From Candidatus Poribacteria bacterium (GTDB taxonomy: Bacteria; Poribacteria; WGA-4E; PCPOR2b), in contig OZ244042.1 of NCBI GenBank assembly GCA_965215015.1, positions 960,001 through 1,024,000 of the forward strand: a stretch of DNA of 64,000 nucleotides, in the 5' to 3' direction. Positions 29,723 through 38,877 of this stretch are shown in pieces. Under the pieces are notes generated by a model. It saw nothing but the letters and a program-made list of their open reading frames with translations. It made no database searches and was not told the DNA's origin. The first letter of the stretch is position 1, and each line of letters opens with the position of its first letter. Position numbers and translations under genes: made by a program.

Positions 29723-31171
29723 ATGAACTGGAAAGACAAGACACTTTTCATCGGGGATAACCTACACATTATGCGGGGGATGAATAGCGATAGCGTCGAT
29801 CTAATCTACCTCGATCCCCCATTCAATTCTAACCGCAACTATGCCGCCCCCATCGGCAGCAAGGCGGCGGGTGCCGCCTTCAAAGACACCTGGACACTAA
29901 GCGACGTTGACCTCGCCGAACACGGTGAACTCGCCGATCAGGTCCCACCCCTACACACTGTGATACAAGCGGCACGAGAGGTGCATGGGAAGGGGATGCA
30001 GAGCTACCTCATCATGATGTCCACCCGCCTACTGGAGATGAAACGTATCCTGAAAGATACTGGCAGTATCTACCTCCACTGTGATTCGACAGCGAGCCAT
30101 TATCTGAAGCTGGTGATGGATACGGTCTTTGGAAAGAATAACTTGCGGAATGAGGTAATTTGGAAGCGGACATCAGCACACAACGACCCCGGTCGATTCG
30201 GGCGTATTCACGATACCCTCCTTTTCTATGTCAAGGGTCCGGGCGCGACATGGAATCTGCAATATGAAACACACGAAGAAAACTACATTGAAAAATCCTA
30301 CCGACATCAGGATGCTCGTGGACGGTATAGAATTAGCGATCTCACGGGCCCAGGAACGAGTGAAGGGGAATCTGGGCAACCGTGGCGTAGCGTTGACCCT
30401 ACAGACATCGGGCGACATTGGTCTGCACCGCGTACCGGCGTATATTCCAAATATATCGAAAAACATTTCATTCCAAACTACAGACAAATCTACAGTGTAC
30501 ATGACCGCCTGGATGCCCTTGATGAGGCTGATCTTATTTATTGGCCCGACAGGGGAGCAATGCCAAGCATCAAGCGATATTTGGCTGCCAGCCCGGGGCG
30601 CCCGCTGCAAGATATAATCGTTGACATCAATCAGCTTGGGGCACGTGCTAAAGAACGTACCGGCTATCCTACGCAGAAGCCTATCGCCTTGCTAGAGCGC
30701 ATCATCAAAGCTAGTAGCAACCCCGGCGATGTTGTGTTTGACCCATTCTGTGGATGTGCCACGACGTTGGTGGCAGCGGACCGGTTGCAGCGGTCATGGG
30801 TAGGGATTGACATTTCATCGAAGGCGGCGGAGTTGGTGGTAGAACGGATTAAAGCAGATCAAGGCTTATTCCCAGAGATTGTCCACCGCGACGACTACCC
30901 AAAGCGCACGGACATGGGCGATACACCACCAGCACGGACGCATAAGCATACGTTGTTTGGATTACAGGAGGGCTTGTGTGGAGGCTGCGGGATTTTCTTC
31001 CCGTTTCGGAATTTGACGATTGATCACAAGATTCCGAGAAGTAAGGGCGGGACCGACCACTTTGATAACCTTTGGCTGTTGTGTGGGGCTTGCAATTCGA
31101 TGAAAGGGACAGGCACCATCGCGGAGTTGCGGGCGAAACTAAAACAGGGAGCGGGGCTGCACTATGACTAA
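29723..31171 (+). CDS. Beta-class N4/N6 DNA methyltransferase fused to C-terminal HNH endonuclease, copy 1
   Basis: DLIYLDPPF (motif IV), YPTQKP, DPFCGCAT (motif I); C-terminal CGGC...DHKIPRSKGG.D..DNL.LLCGACNSMKG. Confidence 0.9.
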   Translation: MNWKDKTLFIGDNLHIMRGMNSDSVDLIYLDPPFNSNRNYAAPIGSKAAGAAFKDTWTLSDVDLAEHGELADQVPPLHTVIQAAREVHGKGMQSYLIMMSTRLLEMKRILKDTGSIYLHCDSTASHYLKLVMDTVFGKNNLRNEVIWKRTSAHNDPGRFGRIHDTLLFYVKGPGATWNLQYETHEENYIEKSYRHQDARGRYRISDLTGPGTSEGESGQPWRSVDPTDIGRHWSAPRTGVYSKYIEKHFIPNYRQIYSVHDRLDALDEADLIYWPDRGAMPSIKRYLAASPGRPLQDIIVDINQLGARAKERTGYPTQKPIALLERIIKASSNPGDVVFDPFCGCATTLVAADRLQRSWVGIDISSKAAELVVERIKADQGLFPEIVHRDDYPKRTDMGDTPPARTHKHTLFGLQEGLCGGCGIFFPFRNLTIDHKIPRSKGGTDHFDNLWLLCGACNSMKGTGTIAELRAKLKQGAGLHYD

Positions 31172-31322
31172 ATTGAATATTTTCAATTATGCGGGCAAAT
31201 ATGTTTCTACTTCTGTATTAGCCAAAAGCGTTGACATTCATCGCGATGAATTGTTTAATCTGCAGCCGGTCAAGATGCCGGAGGAATTTACAAGAATTAT
31301 GGCAGAGGCTTCCTCATCGTAT
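31164..31322 (+). pseudogene. Truncated ORF translationally coupled to MTase-HNH copy 1
   Basis: ATG overlaps the MTase stop (ATGACTAA); MTKLNIFNYAGKYVSTS... is cut at the duplication junction. Confidence 0.4.
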
Positions 31323-31341
31323 AGTCAAGGTGCGCGAAATC

Positions 31342-32790
31342 ATGAACTGGAAAGACAAGACACTTTTCATCGGGGATAACCTACACATTATGCGGGGGAT
31401 GAATAGCGATAGCGTCGATCTAATCTACCTCGATCCCCCATTCAATTCTAACCGCAACTATGCCGCCCCCATCGGCAGCAAGGCGGCGGGTGCCGCCTTC
31501 AAAGACACCTGGACACTAAGCGACGTTGACCTCGCCGAACACGGTGAACTCGCCGATCAGGTCCCACCCCTGCACAGTGTGATACAAGCGACACGAGAGG
31601 TACATGGGAAGGGGATGCAGAGCTACCTCATCATGATGTCTACCCGTCTACTGGAGATGAAACGTATCCTGAAAGATACTGGCAGTATCTACCTCCACTG
31701 TGATTCGACAGCGAGCCATTATCTGAAGCTGGTGATGGATACGATCTTTGGAAAGAATAACTTGCGAAATGAGGTAATTTGGAAGCGGACATCAGCACAC
31801 AACGACCCCGGTCGATTCGGGCGTATTCACGATACCCTCCTTTTCTATGTCAAGGGTCCGGGCGCGACATGGAATCTGCAATATGAAACACACGAAGAAA
31901 ACTACATTGAAAAATCCTACCGACATCAGGATGCTCGTGGACGGTATAGAATTAGCGATCTCACGGGCCCAGGAACGAGTGAAGGGGAATCTGGGCAACC
32001 GTGGCGTAGCATTGACCCTACAGACATCGGGCGACATTGGTCTGCACCGCGTACCGGCGTATATTCCAAATATATCGAAAAACATTTCATTCCAAACTAC
32101 AGACAAATCTACAGTGTACATGACCGCCTGGATGCCCTTGATGAGGCGGACCTTATTTATTGGCCCGACAGGGGAGCAATGCCAAGAATCAAGGGATATT
32201 TGGCTGCCAGCCCGGGGCGGCCGCTGCAAGATATAATCGTTGACATCAATCAGCTTGGGGCACGTGCTAAAGAACGTACCGGCTACCCTACGCAGAAGCC
32301 TATCGCCTTGCTAGAGCGCATCATCAAAGCTAGTAGCAACCCCGGCGATGTTGTGTTTGACCCATTCTGTGGATGTGCCACGACGTTGGTGGCAGCGGAC
32401 CGGTTGCAGCGGTCATGGGTAGGGATTGACATTTCATCGAAGGCGGCGGAGTTGGTGGTAGAACGGATTAAAGCAGATCAAGGCTTATTCCCAGAGATTG
32501 TCCACCGCGACGACTACCCAAAGCGCACGGACATGGGCGATACACCACCGGCACGGACGCATAAGCATACGCTGTTTGGATTACAGGAGGGCTTGTGTGG
32601 GGGATGCGGGATTTTCTTCCCGTTTCGGAATTTGACGATTGATCACAAGATTCCGAGAAGTAAGGGCGGGACCGACCACTTTGATAACCTTTGGCTGTTG
32701 TGTGGGGCTTGCAATTCGATGAAAGGGACAGGCACCATCGCGGAGTTGCGGGCGAAACTAAAACAGGGAGCGGGGCTGCACTATGACTAA
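31342..32790 (+). CDS. Beta-class N4/N6 DNA methyltransferase fused to C-terminal HNH endonuclease, copy 2
   Basis: Same motifs as copy 1, with 6 amino-acid differences. Confidence 0.9.
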   Translation: MNWKDKTLFIGDNLHIMRGMNSDSVDLIYLDPPFNSNRNYAAPIGSKAAGAAFKDTWTLSDVDLAEHGELADQVPPLHSVIQATREVHGKGMQSYLIMMSTRLLEMKRILKDTGSIYLHCDSTASHYLKLVMDTIFGKNNLRNEVIWKRTSAHNDPGRFGRIHDTLLFYVKGPGATWNLQYETHEENYIEKSYRHQDARGRYRISDLTGPGTSEGESGQPWRSIDPTDIGRHWSAPRTGVYSKYIEKHFIPNYRQIYSVHDRLDALDEADLIYWPDRGAMPRIKGYLAASPGRPLQDIIVDINQLGARAKERTGYPTQKPIALLERIIKASSNPGDVVFDPFCGCATTLVAADRLQRSWVGIDISSKAAELVVERIKADQGLFPEIVHRDDYPKRTDMGDTPPARTHKHTLFGLQEGLCGGCGIFFPFRNLTIDHKIPRSKGGTDHFDNLWLLCGACNSMKGTGTIAELRAKLKQGAGLHYD

Positions 32791-32950
32791 ATTGAATATT
32801 TTCAATTATGCGGGCAAATATGTTTCTACTTCTGTATTAGCCAAAAGCGTTGGCATTCATCGCGATGAATTGTTTAATCTGCAGCCGGTCAAGATGCCGG
32901 AGGAATTTACAAGAATTATGGCAGAGGCTTCTTCATCGTATGGCCATTGA
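32783..32950 (+). pseudogene. Short/truncated ORF coupled to MTase-HNH copy 2
   Basis: Same MTKLNIFNYAGK... start, 55 aa, stop at 32950. Confidence 0.4.
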
Positions 32951-33090
32951 CCATTTTGGAACTGCTTAATTTTGCTCGTTTTGAAAATAGGTCGCGGTCA
33001 CACTTACTACTATAACTATATCGGTCTTTCAGTTGAAAAGAGAATATTTAATGATGGTATAGGCTTCACGCACAAACAGCGATATGGCAG

Positions 33091-33327
33091 CTAATTATCA
33101 GAGCCACCAAAACTCTCAAAAACCCCTGCCACCGATGAATACTGCGCCACCTTGACGATGACGCCCAACAAAAGGAGCGGCACCGCAATAAGCGCGATGA
33201 GTATGATAATCCCCCAAATCCATGTCTTCTTGCCTCGGTCCGCTTTAGCAATCTCGGCCAACCTCGAAATGAGTACCCCCGCACCAATCATCACTATCAC
33301 AATAAAACCGAAGACCAACGCAATCAT
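33091..33327 (-). CDS. Small two-TM membrane protein, hypothetical
   Basis: RBS AAGGGGAG and two hydrophobic helices. Confidence 0.55.
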   Translation of the reverse strand: MIALVFGFIVIVMIGAGVLISRLAEIAKADRGKKTWIWGIIILIALIAVPLLLLGVIVKVAQYSSVAGVFESFGGSDN

Positions 33328-33370
33328 AACTCTCCCCTTATAGAAATCGCATTTCTGACTACAAGTGGTA

Positions 33371-34996
33371 CTACGCCTCCCGATGCGGTTTGAGGATTAA
33401 ATCATCGTATTCCGCCGGATCGACAAACGCTTCGACAATCACAGGGGCGTTCAACCCAAATGCCTTGATCAACGCAGATCGATAGGTCTCTGCATCCTTT
33501 GCGATAAGAACCGGAACGCCAAAATAGGTGTGGGCGGTATTATAAGCATCTCCGAAAAGGCGTGTGCCGTATTGCGGAAAGCCTTTCCGTTCCTGCTTAA
33601 TTTTGATTAACTGGAGATTCCGATCCGTCAATACCACAAAAACGACGGGTGTTCCTAAATTGATGGCGGTTGCCATCTCTCCCGCCATCATCAAAAACCC
33701 GCCATCGCCGGTTACACAAGCGACCTGCCGATCTGGACAGCACAGCTTGGCAGCAATCGCCGCCGGAATCCCAAATCCCATCGATGAACCCCCATTTGTC
33801 ATGAGCTGATTGCCCCAACGATAGGTCTTCCAGATCTGTCCAATGAGGTGCGTGTGTGCCCCAACATCACACGTCATAATCCCGTCGTCTGGAAGCACCT
33901 CCCGCAAGATATTCAAGGCATGGTGTGGTGAGAAATTCGGCACATCAGGCGAGAGGTTAGCAAACAATTTCTTTTTGCGATTCTGGAGTTCCTGAATACA
34001 CCAGTCGTAGTCGAACTTTGGAAAGCGTAGCATCGCTTCAAGTGTTCGACAAATATCGCCGATGACTTCATAAACCTCATAATTAGAATCAATATCGGCA
34101 GCAGCAGTATCAATATGGACAATCGGAACGTTTGGCAACCACTCCTCGTAATTAAATTCCACGACATCGTAACCGATAGCGACGACTAAATCAGCTTCGC
34201 CATGTGTCTTCGCAACCTGATCGGAGAGGGCGTGGAACAGGACACCGGCGTAGTACGGGCTTTCTTCCGAGACTATCCCCTTCGCCATAGGTGTGAGAAT
34301 GACAGGAATGCCCTGCTTTTCGACAAATTGGTTCACAACTGCTTGGGCGTCAGCGCGTGTCACACTCAAACCCAATGCGACAATTGGCTTTCTCGCCGAT
34401 TTCATCAACCGTTCCACCTGCTGTATCGACTCAACAGGGGGGGAGATAGCTTGATCTCGGCGACCGATTGCGTCGCTGATAACGCCTTCACAATCCGGGA
34501 CAGGCATCTCTCCAAGTTCCGACGGGATGCCGAGATGAACGGGGCCCGGAACCTCTTGGCAGGCGATATCGACAGCTTTAGCTACCGCTTCGCGCAAATT
34601 ATCTATGGAAAGTTCCGCAGTCCATTTCGAGATCGGCTGAAACAGTGCCTGATGATCAATTTTCATCTGAGTCATCCGTGTCTTCATCGCTGTTGGAACT
34701 TGCGAGGTCAAGGCGAGTACCGGCGACCGATCTAACAGCGCGTTTGCGATTCCTGTGCTCAGGTTAGTGGCACCGGGCCCAAAAGTGCCGTAACAGGCAC
34801 CCGGCTTACCTGTCAGTCGCGCGCAAACATCAGCCATGAACCCCGCAGACGCCTCATTGCTAACCAGCACAAACTCCACATTGCTCCGACGCATCGCCTC
34901 CATAAACGGCGTCCAGGGCCCGCTTGGGATGCCGAAAATATATCGCACCCCAAAATCGTCTAACATCTGGATGAGTGTTTCCGCGAATGTTTTCAA
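33371..34996 (-). CDS. Thiamine pyrophosphate-binding protein (acetolactate synthase-like)
   Basis: IFGIP, NEASAGFMA, GPGATN, PGPVHL, DVGAH, SMGFGIPAAIAA and GDGGF. Confidence 0.9.
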   Translation of the reverse strand: MKTFAETLIQMLDDFGVRYIFGIPSGPWTPFMEAMRRSNVEFVLVSNEASAGFMADVCARLTGKPGACYGTFGPGATNLSTGIANALLDRSPVLALTSQVPTAMKTRMTQMKIDHQALFQPISKWTAELSIDNLREAVAKAVDIACQEVPGPVHLGIPSELGEMPVPDCEGVISDAIGRRDQAISPPVESIQQVERLMKSARKPIVALGLSVTRADAQAVVNQFVEKQGIPVILTPMAKGIVSEESPYYAGVLFHALSDQVAKTHGEADLVVAIGYDVVEFNYEEWLPNVPIVHIDTAAADIDSNYEVYEVIGDICRTLEAMLRFPKFDYDWCIQELQNRKKKLFANLSPDVPNFSPHHALNILREVLPDDGIMTCDVGAHTHLIGQIWKTYRWGNQLMTNGGSSMGFGIPAAIAAKLCCPDRQVACVTGDGGFLMMAGEMATAINLGTPVVFVVLTDRNLQLIKIKQERKGFPQYGTRLFGDAYNTAHTYFGVPVLIAKDAETYRSALIKAFGLNAPVIVEAFVDPAEYDDLILKPHREA

Positions 34997-35034
34997 CGCT
35001 CCAAATCTCCTTCCTTCAATCCTTTTTCCTATCC

Positions 35035-35290
35035 TAACGCAAGTTGCTAGGTTCTGTTGGCATTTGGGTATCGAGATATGAATCTCGACCTACAGGCTAC
35101 CTCGGGTGGGCAGGTCGGGCCAGATGCCCGCCTCACAGGGGCGGCGTTGGGTTTCACTGTATCTATCTATAAACAGGTGTTGTTTGTTGAAAGGCAGAAC
35201 CGCTATTGTCCTTGATAGGGATTCGCTTTGAACCGTTCAACCCAACCTACACAGAATTTATCCTATCACACTGGTACTCAAACGTCAACG
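35035..35290. repeat. REP cluster between divergent genes
   Basis: TAACGCAAGTTGCTAGGTTCTG (inverse of about 23235-23256), TCGAGATATGAATCTCGACCTAC and GTTGGGTT...AACCCAACCTAC stems. Confidence 0.6.
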
Positions 35291-35373
35291 AATTACCACG
35301 ATTTTTGATTGCACGTCAGCGGTTATGCGTGGTATTATAACGGCGGTCTGCTGATATAAAATGGAGGAGAAAG

Positions 35374-36147
35374 ATGCGCTTTGAAAACCGGGTCGTTTTT
35401 GTTACTGGTGGTGGAGGGCCACTTGGGATTGGCAGGGCGGCATGTCTGGCATTTGCGCGCGAAGGTGCAGCCGTCGTTGTTGCCGGCGGCCGGCGGGCGG
35501 ACGCGGTTGCCGCAGAGGTTCAAAACGAAGGTGGTCAGGCAATGGCTATACCGTTAGATGTGACCGTTCCTGAGCAGGTGCAAGCGGCTGTCGACACCAC
35601 CGTTGAAACATTTGGGCGATTGGACATTTTGTTTAATAATGCAGGCATTCTGGGCAGAGGTAAGTTATTTGAAGTTACCGCTGAAGAGTTTGATCGCGTC
35701 ATGGCTGTCAACGTCAAAGGTTGTCTGTTGTGCGCTCAAGCCGCAGCGAGGGTGATGCGCGAGCAGGGGATTCGTGGACGCATTATCAACAACTCGTCAA
35801 TCTACGCGGAAGAATCTCACGAAGGCGTCCTCAGTTACTGCGTTAGTAAAGCAGCGTTGAATAGACTGACCCGTAGCCTTGCCCTTGAATTACGTCCCTA
35901 CGGGATTACCGTCAATGCAATTGCCCCCGGCGGTGGTGCGCCCACAGGTATCAATTCCCCGCAAAATCTGCCACAGGATAATTCCTTGCCAGATCTGCTT
36001 CCCGTTCCAGCGGACGCACCTCCGCTGGAGCGGCGCGCAACCGTATGGGACTATATCGGTGCGGTACTATTCCTCGCATCCGATGAGGCGGCTTACATAA
36101 GTGGTGATATCTTGACAATTGACGGGGGCGCGGTCGCCCGACGATGA
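35374..36147 (+). CDS. Short-chain dehydrogenase/reductase
   Basis: TGGGG..GIG, NNAGI, NSS, YCVSK (YxxxK) and VNAIAPG. Confidence 0.92.
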   Translation: MRFENRVVFVTGGGGPLGIGRAACLAFAREGAAVVVAGGRRADAVAAEVQNEGGQAMAIPLDVTVPEQVQAAVDTTVETFGRLDILFNNAGILGRGKLFEVTAEEFDRVMAVNVKGCLLCAQAAARVMREQGIRGRIINNSSIYAEESHEGVLSYCVSKAALNRLTRSLALELRPYGITVNAIAPGGGAPTGINSPQNLPQDNSLPDLLPVPADAPPLERRATVWDYIGAVLFLASDEAAYISGDILTIDGGAVARR

Positions 36148-36223
36148 GCGTTGGTTGGGGGACAAAGTAGGGAACGAAGATCTGCGTTCCTTACTAAACC
36201 GAGGGAGGAATGAAAGACTATCT

Positions 36224-36631
36224 GTGATTGAATTTATCAAAGCCAATTGGCTGTTGTTTTTCCTAATTCTATCTGTAATCATCATTGTTACGACCTTTGC
36301 AACACTTGCAAGTATTTCACTGCTGCTCATTTCGCTGCCGTCGGACTATTTCACTCGGAAGAAACGGGTGAGCCGTATAAAAAACCCCATCTTACGGCTA
36401 TTCCTGTTCCTTCTGAAAAATGTGTGTGGTGCAGTCTTTTTCATTGCCGGGTTCGTTATGCTATTTGTGCCGGGACCAGGTATTCTGAGCCTGCTTGTTG
36501 GCGTAATTCTCTGCGACTTTCCCGGTAAGCGAGGGGTAGAGCGCAAGATCATCGAACGTCCACTTGTGCTATCTATGATAAATCGGATTCGATCGAGATA
36601 TAACCGTCCGCTGATTGTGTTGGATGATTAG
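36224..36631 (+). CDS. PGPGW-family membrane protein
   Basis: LPSDYF, KNVCG...GFVMLFVPGPGIL and DFPGKR. Start uncertain. Confidence 0.75.
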   Translation: MIEFIKANWLLFFLILSVIIIVTTFATLASISLLLISLPSDYFTRKKRVSRIKNPILRLFLFLLKNVCGAVFFIAGFVMLFVPGPGILSLLVGVILCDFPGKRGVERKIIERPLVLSMINRIRSRYNRPLIVLDD

Positions 36632-36637
36632 CCAGGA

Positions 36638-36688
36638 ATTTATTCGTTTTTGCCGAAAAGAGACTTGATACCTCTTTCAAAATGTGAG
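36638..36688. repeat. 51-bp direct repeat, left copy
   Basis: ATTTATTCGTTTTTGCCGAAAAGAGACTTGATACCTCTTTCAAAATGTGAG; 49/51 identical to 42533-42583. Confidence 0.85.
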
Positions 36689-36941
36689 GGAGTATCATTT
36701 TTTGGACAACTAACTATGTCCCCTAAAAAGTGTGTGAGAGGTAACGATAACAAATCAATCTCGATCGCCGTCGGTGTCACCTACAGCAAAACAAAGAACA
36801 GTGTGACAGTAGGTACTCAATATCGACTAGATCATCCGGGTGTAATTATAGAACCGGGTCACACCACTGCTGACTACAACCATAAAGCCCAATACAGACT
36901 TCGTTAGAAGTCTTATACGATAGTGAAGAAGGAGGCACACG

Positions 36942-38390
36942 ATGAAACGGGGACCCCTCTTCTACTGGATTCTCTTTGCGGGTGGCTTATGTTTGATGGT
37001 TTCAGTGTGGATTCATCGAAATTCGGATAAATCTGTCCCCGAAGGCTTTAATCGGGGAGATGAACACACCTCTGAATCCCGACAGAGAGGGTCTGAACGC
37101 GCAAACAGGCAGCAGGCAGAGGCCGGTTCTGCTTCTATGTCAGAGCACACACGCGGTTCTCATGATGTTAGTAGCTGGGAGAACGACGGTGGAAACTCAA
37201 CCCGTGCACGCCCTCCTATACCCGGCGATAAGGGAGAAAGGATACAAGCCCTCTATGACAACCTGACGGAGGCAGACTGGGAGGGACTTAACCGCTGGGG
37301 GCCGCATCCGAAAGAGTTTGAGATTCTAACCGAGGGGATGGATGCATTTAGTGCCGCCAAATATTTGCGTGCACTTGGTTACGAAGAGGCCGCACGCGAA
37401 TATGCCGATAGGGCAGTGGCTGAGAATCCAGACTCCTTTGATGCACTGTGGCTCAAAACTCAATTGCTCCCATACGGAGCCGCTGCTGCGGAAATCGAAG
37501 CCGGGTATCGTCAATTACTTGAATGGGATCCAACAAACCCCGAAGTGTTACTTGGATTGGGAGAAATACTTACTAGGAGTAATGAACCGGGTGAACTCGC
37601 AGAGGCGATTGGGCACCTCCAAAGGGTAATAAAGATTCAACCTTCACAATCACATACCCACCGCGCGTACATGGCTATGGGAGCAAGTTATAACAAACAG
37701 GCAAACGAGTATATGCAGCAGGGAGACCATAAAAGCAGACTTGTCCAATTGGAGAGATCGTTGGCTTTTTACAAAAAAGCGCATCAAACGTCACCTTATT
37801 GGTTCAGTGAAGCGATGGTTCAAATCGTTGAAGAAGATATAGAATTGGCAAAGGGACATCAACCGAAGGAGCAATCCCCTGAATTCCTCCCTCCTGAAGA
37901 AGCACTTCCCGAATGGCCTCTTCAGGGGGATTCCCTACCAGCTCCGAGCAAAGAACCAAGAGGTGAAACTGGCTTTGATTACGAGCTGCCGAGCGAACCA
38001 CCTGGCAGTGTGAACGGAGACACAACCGCAGCCGAACAACGAGAAATCGAGGAGTTTCTTCGGATGCTTGAAGAGATCGAGCAAACCATTCCAGGTGAGT
38101 CGAGTTCGCCCCTAACCCCAACGCAGCGAGTGGAGGAATAGATTGCGGATTTAGAGCGTTTCATCAAAGCCAGTCCGAATCGGGCGGCGGGTTATCTAGG
38201 GTTGGCACAAGCTTACGAAGATGCCGGGGATGATGAAAAAGCCGCAGCAGTCTACCGCCGGGCAAGAGAGCGTTTCCCTAACGATGAAGAGGTGCGGCGG
38301 GAATCGGAGGCGTATCGGGAACGGCGTGAGCGTTCGGCGGAACGTGATGAGTATGATGATGATTCCTATTCTGATGAAGATGAACGATAA
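36942..38390 (+). CDS. Membrane-anchored/secreted TPR protein with in-frame amber stop at 38139-38141
   Basis: N-terminal TM and TPR-like helices. The frame continues after TAG with another TPR (IADLERFIKASPNRAAGYLGLAQAYEDAGDDEKAAAVYRRA) and an acidic tail to TAA 38390. Confidence 0.7.
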
Positions 38391-38877
38391 GTTTATCCGA
38401 TTCGATCGTCGTCTTGGCTTTGAATTGAAGCCAGAAAGTCTAAGAAGGTAGACAGGCAATATAGAGTGGAGTTTAGTGCTTTATTCGTTATATCAGAGAT
38501 AGTTAATGAATTCGCGGCGATGTACAGCTTACCATATAATGGACCAAAAGGCAGTGCAAGTGCTAATTTCTAATGCAAGACCAGATCAGGATATGGTAAA
38601 CTTTGGTTTGGCTGAGCCTGAAAAAGGCTACCAACTCCCCAATATTCCGTCGCGAATGAAAAGAGCAATTATCTTTCCCCTTGTTATTCATGTATTCATC
38701 AGGGGTTAGACGATATCATTATCTCATATCATTATCGCAAAAATACGCCAAAAAGTCAAGCCCGTTTCTGTTAAGTGCGTACCTGAAAATGTATTGATGG
38801 GGTTATCTTGAAACAGACGCGAGAGCCGCTGATTATCTGCTCATTGGGGCTTGCCGCCAGCGAAGGAGAGAACACCG

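Larger units (their letters stand above)
29708..32941. repeat. 1619-bp tandem duplication (29708-31322 / 31327-32941)
   Basis: Both units carry the MTase-HNH gene plus a downstream stub; roughly 20 substitutions counted by eye. Confidence 0.92.

Noticed and set aside
36650-36907. 85-aa ORF after the left direct repeat
   Set aside because: It starts inside the repeat with no RBS; at most an unassignable gene fragment.
38139-38141. Pyrrolysine or genome-wide amber recoding
   Set aside because: TAG serves as a normal stop for nuoB, nuoD, nuoE, nuoF and nuoK, and no pyl genes are in the window.
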